DNA of 51,316 nt, from the NCBI GenBank assembly GCA_035541085.1, contig DATKNX010000191.1:1-51316 (forward strand), written 5' to 3'. Shown here one piece after another: positions 10,945 through 20,163 of this stretch. Numbering within the stretch: position 1 is the stretch's first letter; every line of letters begins with the position of its first letter. The translations under genes were made by a program, and so were the position numbers. Origin of the DNA: Gemmatimonadales bacterium. GTDB lineage: Bacteria > Gemmatimonadota > Gemmatimonadetes > Gemmatimonadales > JACORV01. The notes under the pieces are model-generated. The model saw nothing but the letters and a program-made list of their open reading frames with translations. It made no database searches and was not told the DNA's origin.

Positions 10945-12312
10945 TCACCGACGGGGCCCGCCGAACTTACCGCTCCCGGCCGCCGCGCGCGACACGGCGG
11001 CCGCGGCCGCCGACGCGCGCGCGAACCCCTCGCGCTCCCGCTCGAGCGCGACGCCGGGCCAGCGCCCGCGTTCGAACACCGTTCGCCCGGCCACCGCCGC
11101 GAACGTCACGTCGGCCGCGGTCGCGCCCCACGCGACGGCCGTTTCCGGATCGGCGGCCTCGGCCATCGCGGGCGTGCCGAGCCCGACCGCGGCCAGGTCG
11201 CCCCAGGCGCCGGGCACCAGCGTGCCCACGCCCTCGAGGCGGAGCGCCGCCGCGCCGTCCGCCGTCACGAGGCGCAGCATCTCGCGCGGCGCCGGCGCGG
11301 CCTCCAGGCCCAGCACCGCGAGCCGCGCCTCCGCGAACAGGTCCAGCCGGCCGCCGGCCGCCACGGAGTCCGTGCCCAGGCCGACCTTGAGGCCGGCACG
11401 GCGCATCGCGCCCCAGTCGGCGCGGCCGTGCCCCAGCACGGCGTTCGACCAGGGGCAGTGGGCCACCGTCGCGCCATGCCGGGCCGCGCGCTCGAAGTCG
11501 TCCGCGCCCGCCGTCACGCAGTGGATCAGGAGCGGGCCGCCGGCGAGGAAGCCGGCCTCCTCGAGCCACGCGACGGTCGTGCGGCCGCGCGGCGCCACGG
11601 CGATGCCGCGCGAGCGCAGGTTGTCGGCGAACGGTCCGCGGCCCTCCGCGACGAACGCGCGCTCCTCGCGCGACTCGCTCACGTGCATCGCGGCTCTGAG
11701 CCCGCGGGCCGACGCCAGTGCCGCCACGGCGCGGAGCAGCGGGTCGGACACCGTGTAGGGCGCGTGCGGCGAGACGCCGACCGCCACGCGCTCCGACGCG
11801 CAGGGCGCGAGGGCCTCCAGCGCGCGCTCGGCGGCTTCCAGCGTCTCGGCACAGCGGGCCGGGTCGGGCCCGATGACCTCGTGGAACGCGACGCCGCGGG
11901 CGCCGAGCTCGGCCATGGCCGGCCCCGCCTGCAGCGTCGTGCCGCAGTCGCCGAGCGTGGTGATGCCGGCCCCGAACGCCTCCAGCACGCCCCACCGCGC
12001 GGCGGCGCGGAACGCCGCGGCGTCGAGGCCGTCCTTGATCGCGCGGATCGTGCGGAGCCAGTCGACGAAGGGCCGGTCGCGCACCAGGCCGCGGAGCGCC
12101 GTGAGCTCGAGGTGGCTATGCGCGTTCACCAGGCCGGGCAGGAGCGCCGCGTCGCCCAGGTCCACCGTCACCGCGGCCTCGGGCCTGGGAACCGCGGCAT
12201 CCGGGCCCACCCGCTCGATGCGGCCGCCCGCGCCGACGAGGACCGCGCCGTGCGCGATGGGTTCGCCCGCCACCGGCAGGACCCAGCGCGCACTCACGCG
12301 CAGCCCCGTCAC
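10945..12312 (-). CDS. Amidohydrolase-superfamily protein (chlorohydrolase / nucleoside or aminopurine deaminase-like)
   Basis: Metal-binding motif LPGLVNAHSHLEL near the N-terminus, plus later HVSES and HC motifs typical of the TRZ/ATZ and MtaD-like family. Substrate not determinable. Confidence 0.8.
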   Translation of the reverse strand: MTGLRVSARWVLPVAGEPIAHGAVLVGAGGRIERVGPDAAVPRPEAAVTVDLGDAALLPGLVNAHSHLELTALRGLVRDRPFVDWLRTIRAIKDGLDAAAFRAAARWGVLEAFGAGITTLGDCGTTLQAGPAMAELGARGVAFHEVIGPDPARCAETLEAAERALEALAPCASERVAVGVSPHAPYTVSDPLLRAVAALASARGLRAAMHVSESREERAFVAEGRGPFADNLRSRGIAVAPRGRTTVAWLEEAGFLAGGPLLIHCVTAGADDFERAARHGATVAHCPWSNAVLGHGRADWGAMRRAGLKVGLGTDSVAAGGRLDLFAEARLAVLGLEAAPAPREMLRLVTADGAAALRLEGVGTLVPGAWGDLAAVGLGTPAMAEAADPETAVAWGATAADVTFAAVAGRTVFERGRWPGVALEREREGFARASAAAAAVSRAAAGSGKFGGPRR

Positions 12313-12316
12313 GCGC

Positions 12317-14500
12317 TCAGCCTCCCGGGCGCGAGGGGCGCTTGGGCGGCTTCTGGCCGCCGTCGGTCGGCGCGGACGCCGCGCCGGCGGCGTTCGGTCC
12401 GGTGTGCACGGGGCAGAACTCCGTGGGCACCGCGTCCGGCGCGAACACCTCCCAGCGGCGCACCGACGGCGGGCAGTACGGCGTCGCGAGCTTGCCCGTG
12501 GTGATGTCGATCTCGCGCTGAACCATCCCGGTGGGCCGCACCCAGTCGCCCGAGGGCGGGCGCCGCTCGTACACTTCCTTCATGAAGTTGGCCCACGCCG
12601 GCGCCGTCAGCAGGCCGCCCTGCGCGTTGTTCTTGATGGTCTGCGGATTGTCGAATCCCATCCAGAAGCCGGCCACCAGCTCGCGCGTGTAGCCGATGAA
12701 CCACACGTCGGTGTAGTCGTTGGTCGTGCCGCTCTTGCCGCCGGCGGGCAGGTCGAAGCCCGAACGCCGGACCGCGCCCGCCCCGGTGCCGTAGCGGAGC
12801 ACGTCGCGCAGCATGTCGTTCAGGACCCACGCCTCGTCGGTGGGCATCACGCGCTCGCGCCGCGGCTGGTCCTGCCACAGCACCTTGCCGTCCGCGTCCT
12901 CGACGCGCACGATCGCGAACGGCGCCGCGCGCACGCCCAGCGTCGCCGGCGCCGTGTACGCCGACACCATCTCGAGCGGGATCACGCTCGCCGAGCCGAT
13001 GAACATCGAGGGAACGGCGGGCACGTCGGTGCTGATGCCGTAGCGGTGCGCCTCGTCCACCACCGCGTCCACGCCCAGCTCCATCCCCAGGCGGATCGCG
13101 ACCAGGTTGATCGAGAGGGCCAGGGCGCGCCGCAGCGTGATCATCCCCAGCGACGTGTCCTCTTCGAAGTTGTGCGGCTCCCAGATGGTGCCGTCCGACA
13201 TCGGCAGGGAGAGCGCCGAGTCGGGCAGCATCTCGTCCGGCGAGTGCCCGGAGCGGATCGCCGCGGAGTACACGAACAGCTTGAAGGTGGAGCCCGGCTG
13301 CCGCTCGGCCTGCGTGGCGCGGTTGAACTTGGAGTCGTCGAAGTCGCGCCCGCCCACCATCGCCCGCACCGCGCCCGACGTGTCCATCGCGACCATCGCG
13401 CCCTGCAGGTACGGCGTGGACGTCTGCTCCTCGCTCTCCGCGCTGGAGTTGGCCTCGGCCGCCATGTACTGCGCGTAGGTCTTGTGCGGGAAGCGGCCGT
13501 AGGCGCCGCCCTCGACGGCCTCGAGCTGCGCCTCGAGCGTCCGCTCGGCCGCCTGCTGCATGTCCAGATCGAGCGTGGTGTAGATGCGGTAGCCCTTCTC
13601 GTACAGGTCGCGGCCGAACCGCGCGTCGAGCTGCTCCCGGATCCACTCCACGAAGTAGGGCGCGACGTCGCCGTAGTCCTGGCGCGCGGAGAGGGTCAGC
13701 GGGTACGCCTCCGCCTCCTCCGCTTGCGCGTCGCTGATGTAACCCTGCTCGCGCATCAGCTCGAGCACGAGGTTGCGCCGCTGCACGGCGCGCGCCGGAT
13801 GGCGGCGCGGGTTGTAGGCACCCGGGGCCTTGGGCATCGCGGCGAGCATCGCCGCCTCGGGAATCGTGAGGTCGCGCGCCGACTTCCCGAAGTAGCGCTG
13901 CGCCGCCGTCTCGACGCCGTAGGCGCCGCTCCCGAGGTTGATCTGGTTCAGGTACAGCTCGAGGATGCGGTCCTTGGAGTAGGTCTTCTCCAGCTCGAGC
14001 GCCACGCGGGCCTCGCGCAGCTTCCGGACCAGCGTCTTCTCCCGGGAAATGCGGTCCTGGAAGATGTTGCGCGCGAGCTGCATCGTGATCGTGGAGAAGC
14101 CCTGCACCATCGAGCGGCTGCGCAGGTCGGCGACCGCGGCGCCCAGGATGCGCGAGTAGTCGATGCCGTGGTGCTCGTAGAAGCGCTTGTCCTCGACCGC
14201 GACGAAGGCCTCCCTGAGGTAGGGCGGCATCTCCTGGAGCGGGATGACGGTGCGGCGCTGGTAGCCCAGCTCGGTGATGAGACGGCCGTCCGCGGCGTAG
14301 ACCTTCGACGCCATCTGCGGGCGGTAGTCGTCCAGGATCGCGATCGAGGGACACGCCCGGCCGGCGCAGACCCGGGTCCAGCTGCCGAAGGCCAGGCCGA
14401 CCAGGAACCCGACGGCGAGCAACAGGTAGGTGACCGACCGGCGGGCATGGTCGGGAGAGAACCACCGCCGCAGGCGGGTGCCGGTGCGTGTATCCGCCAT
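12317..14500 (-). CDS. mrcA: Penicillin-binding protein 1A (bifunctional transglycosylase/transpeptidase)
   Basis: N-terminal TM anchor. GT51 motifs EDKRFYEHHGID and STITMQLARN. Transpeptidase motifs STFK (QPGSTFKLFVY), SIN and KSGTT. Confidence 0.93.
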   Translation of the reverse strand: MADTRTGTRLRRWFSPDHARRSVTYLLLAVGFLVGLAFGSWTRVCAGRACPSIAILDDYRPQMASKVYAADGRLITELGYQRRTVIPLQEMPPYLREAFVAVEDKRFYEHHGIDYSRILGAAVADLRSRSMVQGFSTITMQLARNIFQDRISREKTLVRKLREARVALELEKTYSKDRILELYLNQINLGSGAYGVETAAQRYFGKSARDLTIPEAAMLAAMPKAPGAYNPRRHPARAVQRRNLVLELMREQGYISDAQAEEAEAYPLTLSARQDYGDVAPYFVEWIREQLDARFGRDLYEKGYRIYTTLDLDMQQAAERTLEAQLEAVEGGAYGRFPHKTYAQYMAAEANSSAESEEQTSTPYLQGAMVAMDTSGAVRAMVGGRDFDDSKFNRATQAERQPGSTFKLFVYSAAIRSGHSPDEMLPDSALSLPMSDGTIWEPHNFEEDTSLGMITLRRALALSINLVAIRLGMELGVDAVVDEAHRYGISTDVPAVPSMFIGSASVIPLEMVSAYTAPATLGVRAAPFAIVRVEDADGKVLWQDQPRRERVMPTDEAWVLNDMLRDVLRYGTGAGAVRRSGFDLPAGGKSGTTNDYTDVWFIGYTRELVAGFWMGFDNPQTIKNNAQGGLLTAPAWANFMKEVYERRPPSGDWVRPTGMVQREIDITTGKLATPYCPPSVRRWEVFAPDAVPTEFCPVHTGPNAAGAASAPTDGGQKPPKRPSRPGG

Positions 14501-14532
14501 GAACGTCGAAAGTTACCGGGGCGGCGCCGCGC

Positions 14533-14562
14533 TTGCCAGCGAGCGGGGGCCGCGGCTACGAT
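14533..14562 (+). promoter_or_regulatory. Possible sigma-70-type promoter placing the tyrS TSS at or next to its ATG
   Basis: TTGCCA (14533-38), an 18-nt spacer, then TACGAT (14557-62), with ATG at 14568. No SD-like sequence in between. Match is moderate. Confidence 0.25.
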
Positions 14563-14567
14563 AGCGC

Positions 14568-15773
14568 ATGCGCGCCTTCCCGCCCCTGAACGAGCAGATG
14601 GATGCGATCCGCCGCGGCACGGTCGAGATCGTCCCCGAAGACGCCCTGGCCCGGAAGGTCGAGCGGTCCATCGCGACCGGCACGCCCCTCGTCGTCAAGC
14701 AGGGCTTCGATCCCACCCGCCCCCACCTGCACCTCGGCTACATGGTCTCGATCCGGAAGCTCCGCACCTTCCAGGACCTCGGGCACACCGTGGTGTTCCT
14801 GCTCGGCGACTTCACCGCGCTCGTCGGCGACCCCAGCGGGCGGAGCGAGACGCGGCCGCGCCTCAGCGAGGCGGAGGTCGCCGCCAACGCCGCCACGTAC
14901 AAGGACCAGGTGTTCAAGGTGCTGGACCCCGAACGGACCGTGATCGAGCGCAACAGCCGCTGGCTGCGCCCCCTCGGGCTGCCGGACATCCTCACGCTCA
15001 CCAGCCACTACACCGTCGCGCGAATGCTCGAGCGCGACGATTTCGCCAAGCGGCACGCGGCGGGCAATCCCATCTCGCTGTTCGAGTTCCTGTACCCGCT
15101 CCTGGTGGCGTACGACTCCGTCGTGCTCAAGGCCGACGTCGAGATGGGCGGCACGGACCAGAAGTACAACCTGCTCGTGGGGCGCACGCTGATGGAGCGC
15201 TACGGCCTCGAGCCCCAGGTCGCGTGCATCATGCCGCTGCTCAGGGGCACCGACGGCGAGCGGAAGATGTCGCAGTCGTACGACAACTACATCGGCATCA
15301 CGGAGGCCCCCGAGGACCAGTACGGCAAGACGATGTCCATCCCGGACGCGCTGCTCGAGGAGTGGACCACGCTGATCTCCTCGCTGCCGGCCGCCGAGCT
15401 CCGGCCCGCGCTGGAACGCTGCCGGACCCAGCCGTACGCCGCCAAGCGGTGGCTGGCGCGCGACGTCGTGGGGCAGTTCCACGGCGCCGAGGCCGCGGCG
15501 CGGGCCGAGGAGCACTTCGACCGGCTGTTCAAGGCCAAGCAGGCGCCGGCGGAGCGGCCGCGGTTCACGCACGCGCCGGCGAGCCTCGCGCAGGTCTTGA
15601 AGGACATCGGCTTCGCCGCCTCGCTCGGCGAGGCGCGGCGGATGGCGGCGCAGGGAGGCGTGCAGATCGACGGCGCGAAGGCGGACGACGCGAACCGGCC
15701 GCTGGGCGCGGGCAGCTACGTCGTGAAGTACGGCAAGCTCAAGTTCGCGGATGTTGTCATTGCGGGGAGGTGA
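14568..15773 (+). CDS. tyrS: Tyrosyl-tRNA synthetase
   Basis: HIGH-type motif (PHLHLGY), KMSKS-type motif (KMSQS) and a C-terminal S4-like domain (ARRMAAQGGVQIDG). Confidence 0.95.
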   Translation: MRAFPPLNEQMDAIRRGTVEIVPEDALARKVERSIATGTPLVVKQGFDPTRPHLHLGYMVSIRKLRTFQDLGHTVVFLLGDFTALVGDPSGRSETRPRLSEAEVAANAATYKDQVFKVLDPERTVIERNSRWLRPLGLPDILTLTSHYTVARMLERDDFAKRHAAGNPISLFEFLYPLLVAYDSVVLKADVEMGGTDQKYNLLVGRTLMERYGLEPQVACIMPLLRGTDGERKMSQSYDNYIGITEAPEDQYGKTMSIPDALLEEWTTLISSLPAAELRPALERCRTQPYAAKRWLARDVVGQFHGAEAAARAEEHFDRLFKAKQAPAERPRFTHAPASLAQVLKDIGFAASLGEARRMAAQGGVQIDGAKADDANRPLGAGSYVVKYGKLKFADVVIAGR

Positions 15774-15875
15774 TGAGGCGATGACGTGACGGGGTGATGA
15801 AGTGATGAGGGCGGTCTGCAGACCCTCCGCATCACCTCATCACATCATCACCGTCCATCACTTCATCACCTCCCC
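15764..15875. repeat. 112-nt imperfect palindrome built from GTGATGA / TCATCAC heptamers
   Basis: Outer arms GGGGAGGTGATGA (15764-76) and TCATCACCTCCCC (15863-75) are perfect reverse complements. GTGATGA occurs at 15770, 15794 and 15802; TCATCAC occurs at 15837, 15845 and 15863. The centre is the palindrome GGTCTGCAGACC (15813-24). It contains the stop codons and last codons of both convergent genes. Confidence 0.75.
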
Positions 15876-17039
15876 GTCGAGGACATCCACCACCTTCTCC
15901 ATCTCCTCGATCGTGTTGTAGCAGTGGGGGGCGAGGCGGATCGCGCCCTCCCGCACGGACACCACGATGCCCGCCTGCCGCAGGCGGCGGTTCGCCTCCC
16001 GCGCGTCGGGCGGGGCGACGCACACGATCTGCGACTGGTGCGCCGCGTCGGTGGGCGAGGTGACGCGGACGCCGCGCCGCGCGGCCCAGGCCAGCACGGG
16101 CTCGCCCAGCGTGCGGAGGTACGTGGCGATCGCCTCCACCCCGAGCTCCAGCAGCAGCCCGATGGACGCGGTGAGGCCGAGCTGGTCCTGCGTGGCCGGG
16201 CTCGCCGCCTCGAAGCGCCGCGCGTCGTCGACCAGCCGCTCGTCGTAGCTGAGGAGGTTCGTGTAGTCGTCCATGCCCCGGTACGACTGCCAGCCCGACG
16301 CCGGGGGCACCAGGCGCCCGACCAGGTCGCGGCGCACGTAGCAGAAGCCGGAGCCCCAGGGCCCGAGCAGCCACTTCTGCCCGCCGCACGCCAGGACGTC
16401 CACCGGCTGGGCGGCGACGTCGAACGGCAGCGCGCCGAGCGCCTGGATCGCGTCCACCACCAGCCAGGCGCCGTGCGCGCGGCACGCCGCGCCGAGCCGC
16501 GCGAGGTCGGCGCGGTAGCCGTTGGAGAACTGCACCAGGGAGACGGCGAGGACGCGCACGCGCGGATCCGCGAGGCGCCCGACGAGGTAGTCCTCGTCCG
16601 GGAATCCCTCGGCCGTCACCGGCGCGCGCTCGACCACGACGCCGCCCCGCCGCCGCGCCAGCCACGGATACACGTTCGCCGGGAACTCGCGGTCGCTCAG
16701 CAGCACGACGTCGCCGGCCTCGAGCGGCAGGGCGCCCGCCGCCGCCTGCAGGCCCGCCGACGTGCTGGGCACCAGCGCGATCTCCTCGGGCGTCGCGTTC
16801 ACCAGCTGCGCCGCGGCTGCGCGCGCGGCGGCGTGGATGGCGCCGACGTCGCGGTCCGGCAGGAGGTGCGGCGCGGTGCGCTTGGCGTTGAACGCTTCGA
16901 CGGCGAGGCGGGTGCGCTCGGGCAGCGGGCCGATGGAGGCGGCCGCCAGGTACGTGGTGGCCGCCGTCCACGGGAACTCGCGATTCCTCAGCTCGCGCAC
17001 GAGCTCCCCGAGGCGTGTCGCGGCCGCGGTGTCGGTCAT
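15858..17039 (-). CDS. Class V aminotransferase-fold PLP enzyme (cysteine desulfurase / selenocysteine lyase-like)
   Basis: Fold-type I class V pattern with the PLP-lysine region ACGGQKWLLGPWGSGFCYV. Confidence 0.85.
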   Translation of the reverse strand: MTDTAAATRLGELVRELRNREFPWTAATTYLAAASIGPLPERTRLAVEAFNAKRTAPHLLPDRDVGAIHAAARAAAAQLVNATPEEIALVPSTSAGLQAAAGALPLEAGDVVLLSDREFPANVYPWLARRRGGVVVERAPVTAEGFPDEDYLVGRLADPRVRVLAVSLVQFSNGYRADLARLGAACRAHGAWLVVDAIQALGALPFDVAAQPVDVLACGGQKWLLGPWGSGFCYVRRDLVGRLVPPASGWQSYRGMDDYTNLLSYDERLVDDARRFEAASPATQDQLGLTASIGLLLELGVEAIATYLRTLGEPVLAWAARRGVRVTSPTDAAHQSQIVCVAPPDAREANRRLRQAGIVVSVREGAIRLAPHCYNTIEEMEKVVDVLDGEVMK

Positions 17040-17057
17040 GTTCCGAGTGGCGCCGGC

Positions 17058-18221
17058 ATGGGTGCGGCCGCTACGTTAACCCACCATGAGCGCACGCGGC
17101 AAGCGGCCGTGAGCGCCGAGGGCTGGCGCTTCGCGCTGGTCCTGGGCGGCGGGGGCACGAAGGGGCTGGCGCACGTCGGCGTGCTCAAGGCCCTCGACGA
17201 GCGCGGCTGGGTTCCGGACCTCATCGTCGGCAACAGCATCGGCGCGCTGATCGGCGCCGCGTGGGCCGTGGAATTCTCCATCGCGGAGCTGGAGTCGGTC
17301 GCGTGCAGCATGACGCGCCACGACCTGTTCGTCGTCGCGCGGCGCGAGATGGCCGCGCGCCGGCTGCGCGCGCCGGGTCTCTACAAGGCCGACCCCCTCG
17401 ACATGCTGCTCCGGGGCTTCCTCGGCGACGCGACCTTCGACCAGCTGCCGCGCCGCCTGGTTGTGGCCTCGGTGGACATCAACTGCGGCATGGTGACCTA
17501 CTGGGGGCTGCCCGGACTGCGCTCGGTGCCGGTGGCCGACGCCGTCTTCGCCTCGTGCGCGCTGCCCGGCTTCTTCGCGCCGCGCGAGATCGACGGGCGG
17601 TTCCTGGTGGACGGCGCGCTGGCCGACAACCTGCCGGTGGCGCTGGCCGCCGGCCAGGGCGTGGACGGGCTGGTGGCGGTGGACGTCGGCTCGTCGAGCG
17701 CGCTGCGCGCCGAGGTCCAGGAATCGGGCTTCGCCGCGGTGTTCGCCCGCGCCTCCGAGATCGTCTTCCACCAGATGCTGGAGTACCGGCTCACGACGTG
17801 GGCGGGGCCCGCGATGCTGCTCGTGCAGCCGCGCGTCGAGCACGTGCCGATGCTGTCGTTCGCGCACAACCGCGAGCTGATCGACGAAGGGTATCGCGCG
17901 ACGATCGCGGCGCTCGACCGGGCGGGCGTCGCGGTGCGGCGGGCCGGCGGCGGCATCTATCCGCGGCACCTCGTCGAGGTGGCCGTGGACCGCGAGCGCT
18001 GCGTGGGCTGCGGCGCGTGCGTCGTGCTCGCGCCGCCGGGCACGTTCCGGATGGACGCCTCGGGCAAGGCGGTCGGTCCGGCACAGCCGCAGGAGTGGTC
18101 CCCGATCAGCGGCGGCTTCATCCGCCACTGCCCGACCTACGCCATCACGGCCCACCCGGCGGGGGCGGCGCGCGATGCCACAGGCGGTGGGTCCAGAGAT
18201 ACTGCTCCGGCGCCAGCCTGA
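17058..18221 (+). CDS. Patatin-like phospholipase with C-terminal ferredoxin-like Fe-S domain
   Basis: Patatin motifs GGGGTKG (oxyanion), GNSIG (GxSxG) and VDGALADN (catalytic Asp). The C-terminus carries CVGCGAC...CP. Start is ATG 17058, or GTG 17109 (VSAEGWRFALVLGGGG). The upstream part of track ORF 15924..18221 is an artefact antisense to the aminotransferase. Confidence 0.85.
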   Translation: MGAAATLTHHERTRQAAVSAEGWRFALVLGGGGTKGLAHVGVLKALDERGWVPDLIVGNSIGALIGAAWAVEFSIAELESVACSMTRHDLFVVARREMAARRLRAPGLYKADPLDMLLRGFLGDATFDQLPRRLVVASVDINCGMVTYWGLPGLRSVPVADAVFASCALPGFFAPREIDGRFLVDGALADNLPVALAAGQGVDGLVAVDVGSSSALRAEVQESGFAAVFARASEIVFHQMLEYRLTTWAGPAMLLVQPRVEHVPMLSFAHNRELIDEGYRATIAALDRAGVAVRRAGGGIYPRHLVEVAVDRERCVGCGACVVLAPPGTFRMDASGKAVGPAQPQEWSPISGGFIRHCPTYAITAHPAGAARDATGGGSRDTAPAPA

Positions 18222-19044
18222 CCGCCGCCTCGAGCCGCTGCCGGAACAGCGTGGCGATCCGCAGGATCGACTCCGACGTGTCACTCTTCGGCGAGGCATC
18301 CAGCAGCTCCGCGTATCCCCGATAGCGGCCGTCCGCTTCGGCGAGGAACGCGCCGAACACCACCGGAGCCCCGGTGCGCGCCGCGAACAAACCCGGCCCT
18401 TCCGGTGTCTGCGTGGGCCGCCCGAAGAACGGCACCCACGTGTGGCTGCGCATCGCGCCCTGGTCGGCGACCAACCCCACCAGCTTGCCTGCGGCGAGAG
18501 CGGCCGGCACCGCGGTCCGCGCCTCGGGCAGCGGAATGGTCTGGATGCCCATCGCCCGGCGCGACCGCTCCACCAGGTCGGCCACCCACGGGTTGGACGG
18601 CGGCTTCACCACGCCGGCCACCGGCATGCCGATCGCGGCGGCCCACGCCGCCGCCAGCTCCCAGTTGCCGAGGTGGCCGGTCAGGACGATGGCCCCGCGT
18701 CCCTCGGCGGCCAGCGAGCGCAGCAGGTCCTCGCCCTCGACCCCCCGCACGAACGGCACCACGGCCCGGGGACCGCCGCTGGTCAACCGCAGGGAATCGG
18801 TCATCACCCGGCCGAAGTGCGCGTACATCCGGCGCGCGAGCGCCGCGCGCTCGGCGGCGGCGAGCGCGGGGAACGCGGCCGCGAGATTCTGGTCGGCCAC
18901 CTCTCGGCGCAAGCCGAGGACGTCGCGCGCGGCCCGCCCGAGCGCCGCGCCGAAGCCCAGCGCCGCGGGGCGCGGCAGCGGGCGCAGCATGGCCAGCCCC
19001 GCCCGCGCCGCGAGATAGACCGGGTAGTCGCTGCGCCGTCTCAC
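18145..19044 (-). CDS. Lipid A biosynthesis (Kdo2-lipid IVA) acyltransferase, LpxL/HtrB family
   Basis: HX4E acyltransferase motif (GHLGNWE), the ADQ motif (VGLVADQG) and the C-terminal EQYLWTHRLW typical of the family. Confidence 0.85.
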   Translation of the reverse strand: MRRRSDYPVYLAARAGLAMLRPLPRPAALGFGAALGRAARDVLGLRREVADQNLAAAFPALAAAERAALARRMYAHFGRVMTDSLRLTSGGPRAVVPFVRGVEGEDLLRSLAAEGRGAIVLTGHLGNWELAAAWAAAIGMPVAGVVKPPSNPWVADLVERSRRAMGIQTIPLPEARTAVPAALAAGKLVGLVADQGAMRSHTWVPFFGRPTQTPEGPGLFAARTGAPVVFGAFLAEADGRYRGYAELLDASPKSDTSESILRIATLFRQRLEAAVRLAPEQYLWTHRLWHRAPPPPGGP

Positions 19045-20126
19045 CGGCGGTGGGCCAGCGCCGCGCGGTAGACGGTCTCGGTCGCCGCGGCGGTCCGCGC
19101 GAGCGAGAAGCGCTCGCGCGCCGTCCGGCGGGCCCGCTCGCCGAGCGCGCGGCGCAGCGCGGCATCGCCCAGCAGGCGCGCGAGCGCCTCGGCGAACGCG
19201 CCGCTGTCGCGCGGCGGCACGAGCCAGCCGTCCTCGCCGTGGCGCACGAGGTCGACGTTGCCCCCCGCGCGCGACGCCACCACCGGCAGGCCGAGCGCCA
19301 TGGCTTCAAGCAGCGCCTGCGACAGCCCCTCGTGCCGCGACGGCAGCACCACCACGTCGAACAGCCGGTAGAAGGGAAGCACGTCGGGTCGGAACGGCAC
19401 GCACCGCACGCCGTGCTGCGGGGCCTCCCGGGCGAGCGCGCGCAGCTCCGCGTCCTCCGCGACGCCGACGAGCGCGAGGCTCACCGGGATCCGCAGCGCC
19501 GGCAGCGCCTCGAGCAGCACCGCGTGGTCCTTGCGGCGGGCCACGACGCCCACCGTGGGCCGCCAGGGCCGCCACCCGGCGAGCGCCCGTGCCGTCTCGA
19601 TCTCGGCGCCCGACACGGCGCGGTCGATCCGCGAGACGTCCACGCCGTTGGGAACCACGCAGATGCGCCACGGCGGGGCGCCGCGCCGGACGAGGGCCCG
19701 CGCCACCGAGCGGCTCACGGCGATCGTGCGGTCGGCGACGAAGCCGTTCAGCAGGACGGACACGGGGAGCGAGCGCGGCATCTGCCGGCGGGTCATCACG
19801 CAGGCCGCGTCGAGCCGCCCGCCGAGCCGGGCGAGGCGGCACGCCGCGCGGTCGCGCGAGGCGTGGGAATTGACCACGTCCACCCCGGCCTCGCGGACCA
19901 GGCGCGCGATCGCAGCCGCGAGGGCGGCGCGGCGGTCGAAGGCGAGCGGCGCGACGTCGAGCCCCGCCGCGTGCGCCAGCGCGGCGAGCACGGTGCCCGG
20001 GCGGCAGCCGATCAGCACCCGGTGCCCGGCCGCCCGCTGCGCGGCCGCCAGCGCCGCGATGGAGACGGTCGAGCCCGCGCCGCCGCCCTGGTGCGTCAGG
20101 TGCAGGATGGTCAGCGCGCCGGCCAC
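19041..20126 (-). CDS. Family 1 (GT-B) glycosyltransferase
   Basis: N-terminus ILHLTHQGGGAGS and an EX7E-type region EGLSQALLEAMALGLPVV. GTG 20126 avoids the 65-nt overlap with msbA implied by the track start at 20228. A 4-nt overlap links it to the lpxL-like start. Confidence 0.8.
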   Translation of the reverse strand: MAGALTILHLTHQGGGAGSTVSIAALAAAQRAAGHRVLIGCRPGTVLAALAHAAGLDVAPLAFDRRAALAAAIARLVREAGVDVVNSHASRDRAACRLARLGGRLDAACVMTRRQMPRSLPVSVLLNGFVADRTIAVSRSVARALVRRGAPPWRICVVPNGVDVSRIDRAVSGAEIETARALAGWRPWRPTVGVVARRKDHAVLLEALPALRIPVSLALVGVAEDAELRALAREAPQHGVRCVPFRPDVLPFYRLFDVVVLPSRHEGLSQALLEAMALGLPVVASRAGGNVDLVRHGEDGWLVPPRDSGAFAEALARLLGDAALRRALGERARRTARERFSLARTAAATETVYRAALAHRR

Positions 20127-20163
20127 CGCCGGGGCGCTGGACGCCGGCGCCCCCGCGGCGGGG

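Noticed and set aside
11873-15784. Very long alternative-frame or antisense ORFs. Examples: 11873..15784 (1303 aa), 19531..22209 (892 aa), 46808..49303 (831 aa, antisense to the GRE), 23877..25649, 7182..8666, 7402..9486, 1122..2585, 22067..23638, 29316..31154 and 15924..17057.
   Set aside because: - Their translations are dominated by Arg/Ala/Gly/Pro runs with no motifs.
- Each overlaps a gene on another frame or strand that has clear family signatures and the expected G/C-rich third positions.
- Long stop-free frames are expected by chance in DNA this GC-rich.
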